Source of the DNA: Hemiscyllium ocellatum
Lineage: Eukaryota
Assembly: GCF_020745735.1 (NCBI RefSeq)
Contig: NW_026867451.1
Coordinates: 62,001-126,000, forward strand
Direction: 5' to 3'
Length of the DNA stretch: 64,000 bases
The notes under the pieces were generated by a model that saw nothing but the letters and a program-made list of their open reading frames with translations, was not told the DNA's origin and ran no database searches. This document shows, in pieces, positions 23,211 through 36,095 of this stretch. Made by a program: the position numbers and the translations under genes. The first letter of the stretch is position 1; every line of letters begins with the position of its first letter.

Positions 23211-25907
23211 TTACTTAGACATCCGTTAAAGTGGGCAACTCCAGACAGAAGCATGTTTTCAATTCATACCTTTTTCAACATTTTAGTTCATTACAAGCAG
23301 TTAACAAGAAAATAACCTTGCCCTAATTCCTTCAACAGAAATGCTTTCCACACTGGAATGCAGTATTGTTTATGCAGTGCATGCAAAATCTCCACAATTC
23401 GAGGAACGTTTTAAGAATATGTAAAAATAATTTAGAGAATAATCCATTTCCTCCAGATCTGTGCTTTAATTGGCGATATTTCCCACCTCAATAATTTTGT
23501 TAAATACAATGACTTATTAAGTTTATGAACTCAGTGGTTATTTATGTTCATTGTGAACACATTCTCGTTCACATTAATCCACTGGTTAGTTCCTCTGATG
23601 AATATTCAATTACAGTGAATATATTTGATGTGAGGAGTTGAGCAATGTATCCTCTGGGATTAAGTCTGTTGTACAGTTTGTTTCAGTGCTATCTCTGACT
23701 AACTTGTCCACGGTCCTGACCATTTATAAATTGTCCAGTTCGGATACCTGAATCTCAGACAGTTCAATTTTATCTCGCGCTTCAAAACCACTTTTATCTG
23801 CCAGAAATACAATATTTGATTAGGTGCCTCAGAATTGAGAGCCCTGACTAAGTTGTTCCAATCAGAACGAACGTTTCAGGAACAAAAGGCAGATAGCAAG
23901 AGATTTGAAATTGGTTGTTGACAACAAGAGATATTTGATTGAGCGAGGCAGAGGGAAATATGCTGCAGATTTTCTTTGTGCCTCAGTTATGCAGGAGATG
24001 TTTCGTGGCACTATGTAAAATCAGAATTTTTTTTTGCATCTTATTATTTGAAAACTTATTATCAGCAATGGTCTTATTACACTTCAAAACATTATAATCT
24101 TTTTCAAACTAAGTAGACCGTCTGGTGCAGCAACATTCACAGGGGAAAGAGGAAGGGAGTTCGAGGTTGGAATCTAGTGACAGTGAATTGATGGCAATGC
24201 AATTCCTAGTTTTATTGCTCTGTAGTTCCCATCGAGTTTGAACAATTTGGAGCAGCTGTCAAAGTATTCTTGGATAAACGTTGAAATGTTACTTTCATTG
24301 TACTAACATTCTGGAACAATCCCTGGTTGTTGGAAGGTGTTAATAACTAACATGGTTTATAAACTGTCAAAACAGGTGAGCTGTGTTCTCCGTGATAGTG
24401 TCGAGCTCATTGTGTTCAGGTCTGTTGTGATGTTGTGGTAGGGTCCCTGATTCTGTGCCAGGTGGCCTGTGTTCACTTACAACCTGTTAGAGAGGTATGT
24501 AACACCATCTCTTATCAGGTTACTTCAGTACAAGAAAGCAGATTGAGATGTTTGGGTGTTTGTTGGAATTCCACTCACAGAGGCCAGTGAAATCTATTCA
24601 ATCGCTGTCCTGACTTGTGTCTCTTAGACATTAAACAGAATTTTGGTGGTTAGCAGCTTTTTCCAGATCAATATTTGTTCACAAGCTTTTGGGCATCGCT
24701 AGATGGGGTTAATGGAGTAAGTGCTCAAAGAAATCCCAGCTTTTGACTTGCTGTTCTAACAATATCATTTATAACTAATCCCGAATGAATCATTTTCAAA
24801 GTATATTTGATGAGATTTTGCTTAGGCTGTTTTACTTTATATTAAACCAGTGCTGTAGCTGAATTTGATTGTTCAGTACTGTGGGGGTTCCGTTGAATCC
24901 AACACTTGCAGCAGATGGTGATAGCTTTTCAGTTGGTCTTCCATTGCTATCTCAGACCATCCAGTACCTCTGCTAAGAATCCTTTTTCCAACAGGAGTCA
25001 AGCCAACGTAATCACTGTTTATCTCAACAGGTGTGAGCTCTTGTGCCAAAAACATGAAAACAATTTGGTGAAGAGGGGGTCTCTGGATGGGAAAGGTTCA
25101 CCTTGCCTTCTCTCCACAGGAGCTGCTAGACCTGCTGAGTTTCTTCAGACGTTTCTGTCTTTATTTTGGTTTTCTAGCATTTAAAGTTTGTTGTTTCATT
25201 GAAAAACGTTCTGTTCGATTAAACACGTTCTTCAGAGAAAGATGCATTTGAACAAATTGCAAATGTTCAGAGATATTATTGAATTTGAGTGCCCTGATCT
25301 CGAGCTGTAGTTTCACAAGAAACTATTATGAAGTAACAACACACTGCAGAGTGCAGTGGCTGCTGTAATTGGGTGGAAGTTATTTTGATCACTCAAATAG
25401 AGAATGTCAGTGATCCCGTTCCAAATAATCAACAGAAGTTTTTTTTAAAGCATGTGTGAAACAATTAATTTATCGAAATATTTTAATAAAAAGTATTCAC
25501 GGCCAGTGCTAGCTTAATGAATGACACAATGATAGGAAGGTAGGAACAAGAGGAGGGCACTCAGCCCCTCTAGTTGTTCCCCCACTTACTTAGATCATGG
25601 TGCATCTGTGAGCTCAATCCACAGGCCTCCCTTTGGCTAAAGCTCTTTAACACCTTTGTTTAACAAGCAAAAGCTATCCCAGATTTACTGATTTGACTGC
25701 CCATAACAAAGGGAGACACCATTTCTGAAAGACATTCCTGTGAGTACTGTGACACAATGAGGCTGGGATTAATTGCTCATGAAAGTAAACTTTAAATATC
25801 TGACAATTTCCAATTGAAACATCCCAATCATCATATTTCATTAATTTAACACTATACTTCCCTGGAATCAAGAAATATAATGTGTGATTGCCTTGCTAAT
25901 AATGAGG

Positions 25908-26107
25908 AGAAAGTGAGGACTGCAGATGCTGGAGATCAGAGCTGAAAATGTGTTGCTGGAAAAGCACAGCAGGTCAGGCAGCATCAAGGAGCAGGAGAAT
26001 CGACGTTTCGGGCATGAGCCCTTCTTCAGGAAGGGCTCCTTGGATGCTGCCTGCTCCTTGGATGCTGCCTGACCTGCTGCGCTTTTCCAGCAATACATTT
26101 TCAGCAG
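25908..26107. mobile_element. Palindromic Penelope terminal-repeat insertion in the J-C intron, 15-bp TSD
   Basis: TSD TTGCTAA(T/A)AATGAGG at 25893-25907 and 26108-26122; internal 18-bp tandem duplication. Confidence 0.85.
25998..26030 (-). ncRNA. Candidate minimal hammerhead ribozyme core (also at 62866-62898)
   Basis: Minus strand reads C-CUGAAGA-A-GGGC(UCAU)GCCC-GAA-ACGU-C-GAU: intact core and GUC triplet, weak stem I. Confidence 0.5.
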
Positions 26108-26206
26108 TTGCTAAAAATGAGGGAAGCTTCATTCCTATTATATGATTAAGAAATAGCTCTGTTCATTCAGTGAAAACACAGTCAAATCACTCAAAAGGAA
26201 ACCATG

Positions 26207-26410
26207 ATTTGGAGATGCTGGTGTTGGACTGGGGTGTACAAAGTTAAAAATCACACAACCCCAGGTTATAGTCCAACAGGTTTAATTGGAAGCACACTAG
26301 CTTTTGGAGTGACGCTCCTTTATCAGGTGATAGTGGAGCGTCACTCCGAAAGCTAGTTTTCTTCCAATTAAACCTGTTGGACTATAACTTGGTGTTGTGT
26401 GATTTTTAAA
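26207..26410. mobile_element. Second-family palindromic Penelope-type insertion in the J-C intron, 14-bp TSD
   Basis: Arms 26244-26318 and 26335-26409; TSD AAAAGGAAA(C/T)CATG at 26193-26206 and 26411-26424. Confidence 0.8.
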
Positions 26411-27004
26411 AAAAGGAAATCATGTCATCTTGTGTAGACACACAAGTGCCTCAAATAATTTTCAATTCTTCTAGTGGTTGTTTGAATCTCGAGACAGGTG
26501 TGGAAGTGTCAGACTTTTTATATCGCCTTGAGAAACCAGTTGTCATCAGTCTATTTGAATTGCTGAAGTTTGTGTGGTATTAGCACATTCACAGCGCTGT
26601 TAGGAAGTGAGCCCCATGGCTGTGATTGAGGAAGAGGAAACGGGCAGGGAAATAGTTGAGAGTTAAGTTGAAGTCTGATATGGAGGAAAGCTTCACATGC
26701 ATGTGTGCCCTTATCCTCAAGGATCACAATTTTGGAATATGCTGCCGAACGGACATGTCAGCATGCAAAATGGAAGCTGAAGAAGGCATCTCGGCCTCTC
26801 TAGAAGGCTATTCCATTCATGGGATCTTCATTAATCTTGCTGCTCATCAATCTTCCCAACACACTGATAACATTGAACCTGATTGTTTACTGTTCAACAC
26901 AAGAATGGTGAATTCGTTTGGAATTCTCCACCACAGAAATTCATAGATTCAAGACTCATAGATTCTTGAAAGCGTTGTCTCAAGTACCTAGTGTGTTGAA
27001 GGTG

Positions 27005-27285
27005 TTTGGCGCACGTACCTTCATTGGTCAGAGCACTGAGTGCAGGAGTTAGGGCTTCATGTTGTAATTGTCCAAAACATTGGAATGAACTGCCAGAGGA
27101 AGCGGTAAGTGCAGAGATCGGTCCCACATTGAGAAGACATTTGAACAGCTCCAGGAACTGGATCGGTCTGGATGGATATGGGCCAAAGGCAGGCAAGTGG
27201 AATGAGTTTAATTTGGGAACTCTGGTCAGCATGGCTGGGCTGGACCAAGGGAACTGTTTCGGTGCTGTACGACTTTATGTCTCAC
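27005..27285 (+). mobile_element. CR1 LINE 3' fragment
   Basis: TGGAATGAACTGCCAGAGGAAG...GGATATGGGCCAAAGGCAGGCAAGTGG CR1 3' UTR signature. Confidence 0.65.
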
Positions 27286-27329
27286 TGACTTTATGGTGGA
27301 TAGGCTCAAAGTTGGAAGGTGGTGAGCAA

Positions 27330-27880
27330 GTGAGGGGCTAGATTGGGCATGTGGGAGAGTTTGGGCTGGTAGGCTGGCTGCTGGGTAAGCTTGCGTGCAC
27401 TCTGTCTGGCAAGGTGGCATCAAGGGAAATGGTAATGGTCACAGGATAATTTGGTCGAATTGTGCTTGGTAGGTGAGGGGTAGTTTGAGCTGATGCAGGA
27501 GGTCTGTCTTTGCCAGGCTGGTTTATGGAGAGGTGGGCAGGATGCCAGGCTGGTTAGTGTAGAGATGGGCAGGGTGCCAGGATGTTTCAGGGGGTGGAAG
27601 GTCACTGTAATGAAGTGACAGGTGGACGTGTTGTCAAAATGCAAAGCTCAGAGTCTGGCAAAATGGTAGGTTGTGAAGCACAGATGCCAAAGGAGCTAGG
27701 ATGCAATGTGCACAGGTTGTCTTGGGTAAGATGAGAGGTCAGTGATCAAGGGCTGAGGTCATGTCTTGGGTAGTGGGCTTTTGTCAGAGGTTGTGGAAAT
27801 GATGGTGTCAGGTCCAGTCAGGGCCAGGTTCACCATGGACCAGGTCCAGGGCGGCAGGAGTGTAAATGACTGAAAGGAAT
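27330..27880 (-). mobile_element. Decayed LINE endonuclease-region fragment (L2-like)
   Basis: Minus-strand remnant resembling the ..L.GDFN.H motif of apurinic endonucleases; heavily decayed. Confidence 0.35.
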
Positions 27881-27899
27881 TGAGATCATATGTCCATCT

Positions 27900-28570
27900 G
27901 GAATATAGAATATAGAACATTACTGTGCAGTACAGGCCCTTCAGCCCTCGATGATTCCACAGGTCAGTGTAAAAATCTGAAGCCTATCTATCCTACACTA
28001 TTCCATTTTCATCCATATGTTTATCCAATGACCTTTTAAATGCCCTTAAAGTGGGCGAGTGTACTATTGTTGCAGGCAGTGCGTTCCATGCCCCTACCAC
28101 TCTCTGAGTTAAGAAACAACCTCTGACATCTGTCATCTATGTCCTCTCCTGCTAGCCATCACTATTCAAGGAAAAAGACTTTCACTGTCCACCCTCTGTT
28201 TATCTTTTATGTCTCAATTAAGTCAACCTTCTTCTCTCAAACAAAAACAGCCTCAAGACCCTCATCCTTTCCTCATTAAACCTTCCCGCCATACCAAACA
28301 ACATCCTGGTAAACCTCCTCTGAACTCTTCCAAAGCTTCCACATTCTCTCTATAATGTGGCGACCAGAACAGTACACAATACTCCAAGTGCAGCTACACC
28401 AGAGTTTTGTACAGCTGCAACCTAACCTCGTGGTTCTGAAACTCAGTCCCTCTATCGATGAAAGCCAGCACAAAGTATGCCTTCTTAACAACTCTATCAA
28501 ACTGGCTGGCAACTTTTAGGGATCTGTGTACATGGGCACCGAGATCTCTCTGCTCAGCTACACTGTCAGT
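27900..28570 (-). mobile_element. CR1 LINE 3' portion
   Basis: ATAGAAT/ATAGAAC terminus; YKTLV.LHLEYC..FWSPHY motif on the minus strand. Confidence 0.78.
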
Positions 28571-28962
28571 ATGGATTGCCTTGGATGTGTTTTGTGTGAT
28601 AGGGGGTTGTGTGTTCCGGGCATGAATGGGTGTATAGCAGGGTGGGGTTTGTCAATGTGAGTGGAAATTTAGGTCTAGGCAGAGTAAGTGCAGTGGTTAG
28701 TCTGAGAGATGAGGTTTGGTGGTGAACTGCGTATCAGTTTGATAGTTATTAAAGTTAAAGATTACTTGTTCATTTCTCAAATCATATTTACATAAATACT
28801 CAGCTGTAACACTCCAAAGTCTCTGAACCTTAATGGTCCTCCATTTTTCAGAGGCCTCCAGAATTCAGATAATTGTAAATTAGATGTTTCAACTTCCAGC
28901 CAATTGGCCTGAGTTCAGCCGTGACAGCCATCCTCCCCGTCCCAGTGCTCAGCTCCTGCCTG

Positions 28963-28988
28963 TGCTGCTGCTGCTGCTGCTGCTGCTG
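28963..28988 (+). repeat. (TGC)n microsatellite, about 8.7 units
   Basis: Read directly. Confidence 0.9.
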
Positions 28989-29039
28989 TGACCTTCCTCC
29001 CAGAGAGAACATTCTGTCTTACATTGATAAGTGAGGAAG

Positions 29040-29350
29040 GCTCACTGGACCTGATTTCCAAGTATGGGGACGGCAAACACGAGGGGACACAACTTTAAAG
29101 TGAGGGGAGATAGGTATAAGACAGATAGCAGAGGTAGTTTCTTTACTCATTGAGTAGTAAGGGTATGGAGTGCTTTGCCTGCAATGGTGGTAGATTCGCC
29201 AAGTTTAAGTACATTTAAGTTGTCATTGGACAGGCCTATGCATGTACATGGAATAGTGTAGGTGGGATGGGCTTCATATTAGTATGTCAGGGCAGTGCAA
29301 CATCGAGGGCCGAAGGGCCTGCACTGCACTGTGATGTTCTATGTTCTATG
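29040..29350 (+). mobile_element. CR1 LINE 3' end
   Basis: ACGAGGGGACACAACTTTAAAGTGAGGGG ... GGGCCGAAGGGCCTG ... GTTCTATGTTCTATG terminus. Confidence 0.78.
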
Positions 29351-29417
29351 ATTCACTCTGATTTCTCTCCGGGGGTACTGCCAGCTGTTGGGTATTTCCA
29401 GCAGCACGGTACCTAGT

Positions 29418-29735
29418 GGGGCGGCACGCTGGTTCCATGGTTAGCGCTGCTGCCTCACAGTGCTAGGGACTCTGGCTCCATTCCAGCCTCGGGTAACTGT
29501 CTGTGTGGAGTTGGCACTTTCTCCCCATATCTGTGTGCATTTCCTCCCACAGTCCAAATCTGTACAAGCTGGGGAAATTGCAAATGTTGTGTTCAGTGAT
29601 TGGGAGGTTAGATGCATTAGTCAGGGTTAACCGTAGCATAATAGGGTAGAGGAATGGGTCTGGATGCGTTTCTTTTCAGAGGGTGGGTGTGGACTTGTTG
29701 GGCCAAATGGCCTGTTTGCACACACTGTAGAATTT
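29418..29735 (+). mobile_element. HE1-type SINE
   Basis: Same head, core and tail motifs. Confidence 0.8.
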
Positions 29736-30080
29736 CGATGAATCTGCATTTCCTTGGTTTGTATTTTGTGAAACTTCTCTGCTCTTCACAGCAATCCAAT
29801 GAAAGTGTCAATTGGTGAGATCTTCAAACAGTTACTGGGGTGGGATCAGGATGTTCTTCTTCCTAAATGATATGGCAATGGTCAAGGTCGAGGGCATGTT
29901 TCTCAAGAGGGAACCAATGATCATGATCAGCAACTGGTAGGAAACAAAAATAAACTCCAGTTATGCTGTAGACTTCAGCGGGAGCATACTGGCAAACGGT
30001 TACAGCTGAGGATACATTTGAGTAACTGATAAGGTCAAATTAACAGAAACTAACATGCTCAATTGGTCATTCTATTGTAG

Positions 30081-30389
30081 AGACACCATCTCCCCCCACG
30101 CTTTATGGCCTGGTCTCCTCCTGTGAGGAGCACAGCACCGGTTCGACAATCTTTGGTTGTTTGGTGATGGACTATTCCCCAGAAGTCACCAAGGTAACCT
30201 GGAAGAAAGGTGGGGTGCTAATCACGAATGGTGGATTGAAGACTTACCCATCAGTGAGAAACAAGAAGGGAACCTACACCCTGAGCAGCCAGTTAACCCT
30301 GCCCGGGTCAGCGGTAGATTGCCCCAGCAAAATCTACTGTGAGGTTCAACACAGCGGGTCACACAAGAGCAAAGAAATGCCATGTCCAG
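30081..30389 (+). CDS. IGHM: IgM CH1 exon ([18 protein letters not shown]...[17 protein letters not shown]...[19 protein letters not shown])
   Basis: Acceptor TTGTAG| at 30080, donor G|GTACGT at 30390, 309 nt, C1-set Cys/Trp/Cys pattern plus the early Cys (SSC) usual for the light-chain bond. Confidence 0.94.
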
Positions 30390-30469
30390 GTACGTATTGT
30401 GGGAACTGAGATAAACAGAGCATCTGGCATTAATATGAATAAGGCATTATTTATAACCATTTTCACAGT

Positions 30470-31600
30470 ATCCCCTTATACAGCACAGGAAAAAGGCCCT
30501 TTGATCCATCCAGTTTACGCCTATCAATAACAGCCACCTAACTATTCCAGTCTCATGTGCCAGCACATGATCCATTGCCTTGTGTGACTTGCCCTTGCAA
30601 GGATGCATCTCAATACTTCATACTTATTATGAGGGGCTCAGTCTCTACATGACTTATAGGTGCTGAGCTCCAGGCTAACACCACCCTCTGTTTGATTTTG
30701 TTTTCCCCTGAGATCCACTTGGAACCTCCTGGCCTTACCTTCACCCTGTGCCCCTGAGGCATTGATCTCTCCATCAAGGGGAAAGGTTTCATCCAGTTTA
30801 CCCAGTCTATGCCTAAAATAATTCTAGACATCATGATAATCTTCTCCCTAATTCTCCTCTGCTTCAAGGAAAACCCCTGTCTATCTCATCTAGTTTCATA
30901 ACTAAAACCCTCCAACCCAGGCAAGATCCTGGCAAATCTAATCAATACTGCCTTCAGTGTAATCACATTCCTTCGATAACATGCACACAACGCTTCAGTA
31001 TGGCCTAACCAGTGTTCTATCAAGTTCCAGTATCATCTCCCGATTCTTCATTGTCAATGTCTAGGCTAATAAAAGCAAATATCCTCCCACCTCCTTAGTC
31101 TCTTTATCCAGACGACACAGTACTATAGGGGATCGGTGGGTACATGCACCAAAGATCCTCAGGCCTTTCCAGGGTTCCACCATTCAAAATGTCATACCTC
31201 ACAGATTCTTCTGCCGAATTACATTACCTTACATTTATCCAGAATAATTTCCATTTGCAACTTCTCTTCACATACAACCAACCCTTTTATATCCTCCTGC
31301 AATCTAAAGCCATAATGCTCATGACTTACCAACATGACAGTTTTCATTTCATCTGTGAATTCACTGGTTAATCCTCCTAAATTTGAGTCTCAATCATTGG
31401 TATGTAAGAGAAATAACGTGGAAATCAACCCCAATCCCTACAGAACACCAGGAGACATAGATTCCCAGTCACCCAGACACCCGATGACTATTATCCCCTG
31501 CTCCCATCACTCAGCCAGTTCTCGATCCAATCTGTCAAATTAACTCGGATCCCATTGGCTCTGATTATTGCTATCATCTGGACATCGAGTTATCTCTCTG
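30470..31600 (-). mobile_element. Decayed CR1 LINE (CH1-CH2 intron)
   Basis: CR1 3' UTR and ORF2 remnants on the minus strand. Confidence 0.6.
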
Positions 31601-32299
31601 AAAACTACTATCAAATTGTTACACATGACTTTCTCTCAATAAAACTATGCTGAAAATTGTTGATTTATCTTCCAAATGAAGACTAATTTCACTTTTCAAT
31701 CGTTTCCCTACCACTGAGACTAGCTTGACAGATCTGTGTTTTCATTATTTATCCCTTCCTTTGTCCTGCGTAACAGTGCAACGTTGGCTGATCTACACTC
31801 ACTTGGCACAACTGCTGTGGCCAGACAGTAATTCTAAATTATTGTTAGCGACCCAACTATTTCATCCCTTGCATCGCTCAACCGCTTGGTATACTTTTCA
31901 TCTGCCCTGGAAATATAACCACTTTTCATTTAGCAAGACAACACAGAACATCACGTCATGTGTCCTAATTTCTGAAAGTACATCACAACACTCCTCCATG
32001 ATTTCTGTCCCCACATTGTCCCTCTTACTAGTGAACACTGACACAACACATTCGTTTTGACCACAACCTAATCCTCCGGCTCCACTCCAATAATAACACT
32101 TAATGGGCATTACTGTTTCCCGAATTATTCTTTTATTATGAATGAGCCTGTAACTTTTAAAAATATTTTCCTTTATTTTGACTCCTATTATTTTCTCATG
32201 GTCCCTTTTGCTCTTCTAATTCCTTTGTCTTTCAAACTCCCCCTTGCGCGTTCTGTACTCCATACTAATTTCTATTGTTTTGAGATTTCAGTATAGACA

Positions 32300-33330
32300 G
32301 GAAGCCTCCCTTGTTTCTCCTTATCTCACCCTCCATGCCCTTTGGTGTCCAGAGCACGTTACATTCTTGGTCCCATTCAGTGGCTTCCTGGGAAATGTCC
32401 TCCCTATGATTTTCCTGTCTCTTTCTTAAATGTTTCACACTGCTCTGACTCAGATTTACCAATAAGTGTCAGCTTCCAGTCCACTCTGGTTAAGTCATTA
32501 CCTGATCTTACTAAAATTGTCCTTCCCCTTTTCAGAACTTTGGGCCAATGTCTATTCCTTTGCAGTACAATCTGAAATCCAACTGATTTACGATCACTGT
32601 CTGCAAAGTGCACCACCATTGATGTTTTACCCAATGGGTCGACTTCATTCCCAAAAGTTAAATTCAGGTTCACCCCTCTCTTGCAAGGTCTGGATTAAAA
32701 TTTTCTATATTAACACATACTTTGTTTAAATATTCTCCTGGGGGCATTTTCAGAATTGTGCTCCCTCTAAACGTTAGACAAAATGAATATCCAAGCCTAT
32801 GCTGAGGAAGTTAAAAACCTCTTTTCTCATTCCCCTATTTAATTTACATATCTCTGGAATTTATCCATGTATTTGCACTTGGTCTTTTGGACCTATAGTA
32901 AGGCCTATCGTGCTCTCCCAGTAGTTATGTTTGCTGTATTTTGGTTTTGAAGTACTGTCCATTTGCCTTTGTTCGAGGAGGTATCTATGATTTTATTTCT
33001 CTTTACAGCCTAAAATACTCTTGTCAGAATTGTGACAGAAGCAACATTCCGTGCCGCAAACCCTGCCCCCATCCTTTTCCATCTTTCCCTGTCTCGCCTG
33101 AAGGCACTAAATCCTGGAAAATTGAATAGCCACTCCTGCCCCGCTCTCAATATGTCTCCGTGATAGCAACAGCATCATTTCCTCATTTATGCCGGTAATT
33201 CATCTGCCTTGATCATCAGACTCTGTCATTAAAACGAATACCATCCAATGTTGCTATCTCCCTTCTGATGTTACCGGCCTATAGTTTCTATGCCTCCTTG
33301 ACTCCCTTGCTGTGTCCTATAATTTTAGCC
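32300..33330 (-). mobile_element. Decayed CR1 LINE endonuclease/linker region
   Basis: Minus-strand remnants such as DHKSVGFQI and VDWKL resemble the CR1 ORF2 N-terminal part. Confidence 0.5.
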
Positions 33331-33494
33331 TTTCACATTGTCCTGATGATCTTTCTGTGTGGATCCCAACTTCTCCAGCACTCTGCACAATTATGATTCT
33401 TGTATCCATTAATCACAAGAAACCTTGATATATGAGAACTGATTGTATTTGTTATGAAATTCATCAGATAATTTATGCGATGTGTTTCCTAAAG

Positions 33495-33806
33495 GTACAG
33501 GTCCTCTCCCACCAACTCTTCTCCTAACTGTGAGCTCCAGTGAAGAAATCGCAAGCAGCAAGTTTGCAACTGTCGTTTGTTCAATCATCGATTTCCATCC
33601 GAAGACAATCAACGTGAGTTGGTTGAAAAATGGCCAACGCTTGGATTCTGGCTTCTTCACGTCTCCCGTGTGTGAGGCGAACGGGAACTTCTCGGTGACG
33701 AGTCGGCTGATGGTCCCTTATGGTGAATGGTACAACAGCGCAGTCTATACCTGCCAGGTCACTCACGAAGAGAACATTCAAAGTAAAAACATCACCGCAC
33801 TCCAGG
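33495..33806 (+). CDS. IGHM: IgM CH2 exon ([28 protein letters not shown]...VSW...[20 protein letters not shown])
   Basis: Acceptor CCTAAAG| at 33494 (an alternative in-frame AG at 33500), donor G|GTAAGA at 33807, C1-set motifs, three N-glycosylation sequons. Confidence 0.94.
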
Positions 33807-34169
33807 GTAAGAGACACATACTGGGAGAGCTACAAATCACTCTGAACTCTGATGTGAATCAAACACACTAATTTATCAGGCGTAGTAAACAGCACGGTAC
33901 AGCTTCTCATTTCCCAGCATGTCACGTATCTCATTTCAGTTTGAATGTTACATTAGTATTGCTCATAATTCAACATTTTGGCAAGTCAGAAAAGCATGTT
34001 TCCTCTCTGTTGAAGATAGATATATAGACAGTGAGCTTTGTTAAATAGTTTGTTAAATAGTTTGTTGCCTGACCATGCTGGGAGAAGCATTCAGAGTGAT
34101 GAATCCTTGCCTGGTAGTGGCTTCAAGGATAAGTTTGGGGGTGGAGGGGGGATATTGGAGAGATATCTA

Positions 34170-34540
34170 ATTGAAACATAGAAAATACTGAGAGACTGAG
34201 GTCGAGTGAATGTAAATAGATGTTTTGACTGGTAGGCGAGACTAGGACCCAAGGGCACAGTCTCAGGGTCAAAGGGGCACCGTTTAGAACTGAGATGGGG
34301 AGGAATTTCTTCAGCCAGAGGGTGATGAATCTGTGGAACTTGTTGCTGCAGAGGGCTGTGGAGACCAGGCCATTGTGTATATTCAAGCCAGAGATGGATC
34401 GGTTCTTGTTTAGTGTGGGGAGAAGACCATAGAATGGCTTTAGCCCAAATGTCGATTTTCCTGCTCGTCGGATGCTGCCTGACCTGCTGTGCTTTTCCAG
34501 CATCATTCTGATCTAAACTCTGGATTGGCCGAACAGCCTT
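34170..34540 (+). mobile_element. CR1 3' UTR fragment plus a Penelope terminal fragment (CH2-CH3 intron)
   Basis: GACTAGGACCCAAGGGCACAGTCTCAGGGTCAAAGGGGCACCGTTTAGAACTGAGATG, then GATGCTGCCTGACCTGCTG. Confidence 0.65.
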
Positions 34541-35786
34541 ATTCTGATCCTCTATCTTATGATGTTGTGGTCTCAAAATGACGTGGTTAAAATATGCAGT
34601 GACCCTAACTTGAAAATAAATCAAAATGCATTCAATGCTTCACTCCCTGCTCAGGAATGACCTGTTGGCCTTGGACATTGTACGACATCGATTTTTATCT
34701 GGTACTGAGCTCTTTAACTTCATTTATGGGATCAGACCACAGACCAAGTGGGTATCACATTTGATGAACTGGGATAAACGTGATCTCACTGAGCCTCTTT
34801 AAGATGCTCTCTGTAAGTAGTGGATGAGGCAGGAGAATAAATTCTGGTAAGAATGCTACAATAGGGATGAGTGAACGAGGAACTCGAGACAGGCTGATTT
34901 AGCCTGGTTTGGGGTGGCGATGTTTACACAGTGGGTAGTGGATGTCTATAAAATTAGTGTACATTTCCATCACGTTTGTAGATTAATTTAAGACGCTTTT
35001 GTTTGTTTTTTTTTCTCCCCTGCTCTATGAAGAAATTAAAAAATGCAGCTTGGTAAATAAAGTGAAAGTACAGACCAGTCATGAACTAACTGAATGGAGG
35101 GAAAGACTTAAGGAGATGGGTGTCCTTCTCGATATCCAATGCTGTACTCAGTGCCTTGTTTTCAGATCTACTCCAAACTCAGCCCACGAGGAACAATGAC
35201 ATAAATCAGAGAATGACATCACACCAATAACGCAAAGTATTTTTGATCACGTTAAATATAATGAACAGAATTTCCATGGATATTCACTGCTCCTGTAGCA
35301 CTTTAGAACTCTGCAAAGAGAATAATTATTATTTCTTATAATTTGTCCAAAATTTGGGATGTGATTTGGCAGTCAGCGTGACCAGCAGCACTTGCACCTA
35401 AGGGTTATGAACATGGAAATGAACTCATTATATTCAGATTACTCTTGTCACAAGTATCAATAGATGGTCTTAAGTGAGAGACAAACTCTGAAAGAAAGGT
35501 AATTCCATGGGTTACATCATGGTATCTTCGATGATTTTACTTTTTTCACAGCTTTCACTTGTTACAAAGCCAGTGTTCTTTGGGAATAATTACACAGGGT
35601 ATGTCATAGGTAATCACAAATGCTTTCACAAATCAAAATACATCAACAATAGTAAGCATTGTTTCAGCAATGGTTGGAGTTGCCATTTTGAAGGTGGTGT
35701 CTTCACCCTGTGAAGAAGTAATCTGAAGATTGGGTGTTTGTATCATAAAGGGGCATTTTTCATTGACTTTGATTTTTGTTTCATAG

Positions 35787-36095
35787 AAGATACCGAGTGC
35801 CACCCTAACACCGTTAAAATCCTCCCACCGCCAGTCGAACAAGTCTTACTGGAGGCGACGGTGACGTTAACCTGCGTTGTGTCCAATTTTCCATCTGGAG
35901 TCAGCGTGACCTGGAAGCAAGAAAAGAAGCTTCTGAAAACCGAGATTGCTGACCAGCCTGGACAGAATCCCGACAGCGTGATCAGCAAATTAGACATTTC
36001 TACTGAAGCCTGGCTGAGTGGTGTTACTTTTGAATGTGTGGTGTACCATCAGAATCTACCGACTCCGCTGAGAGACTCCATCCACAAGGAGAAAG
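35787..36095 (+). CDS. IGHM: IgM CH3 exon ([30 protein letters not shown]...VTW...[22 protein letters not shown])
   Basis: Acceptor TTCATAG| at 35786, donor G|GTGAG at 36096, 309 nt, C1-set motifs. Confidence 0.95.

Noticed and set aside
19917-30080. Classical GAGCT/GGGGT or AGCT-rich switch region
   Set aside because: No such repeat array was seen in the J-C intron; only the T/G-rich 45-mer and TEs are present.
34091-34624. 177-aa minus-strand ORF
   Set aside because: It spans antisense CR1 3' UTR and a Penelope fragment; no recognisable domain.
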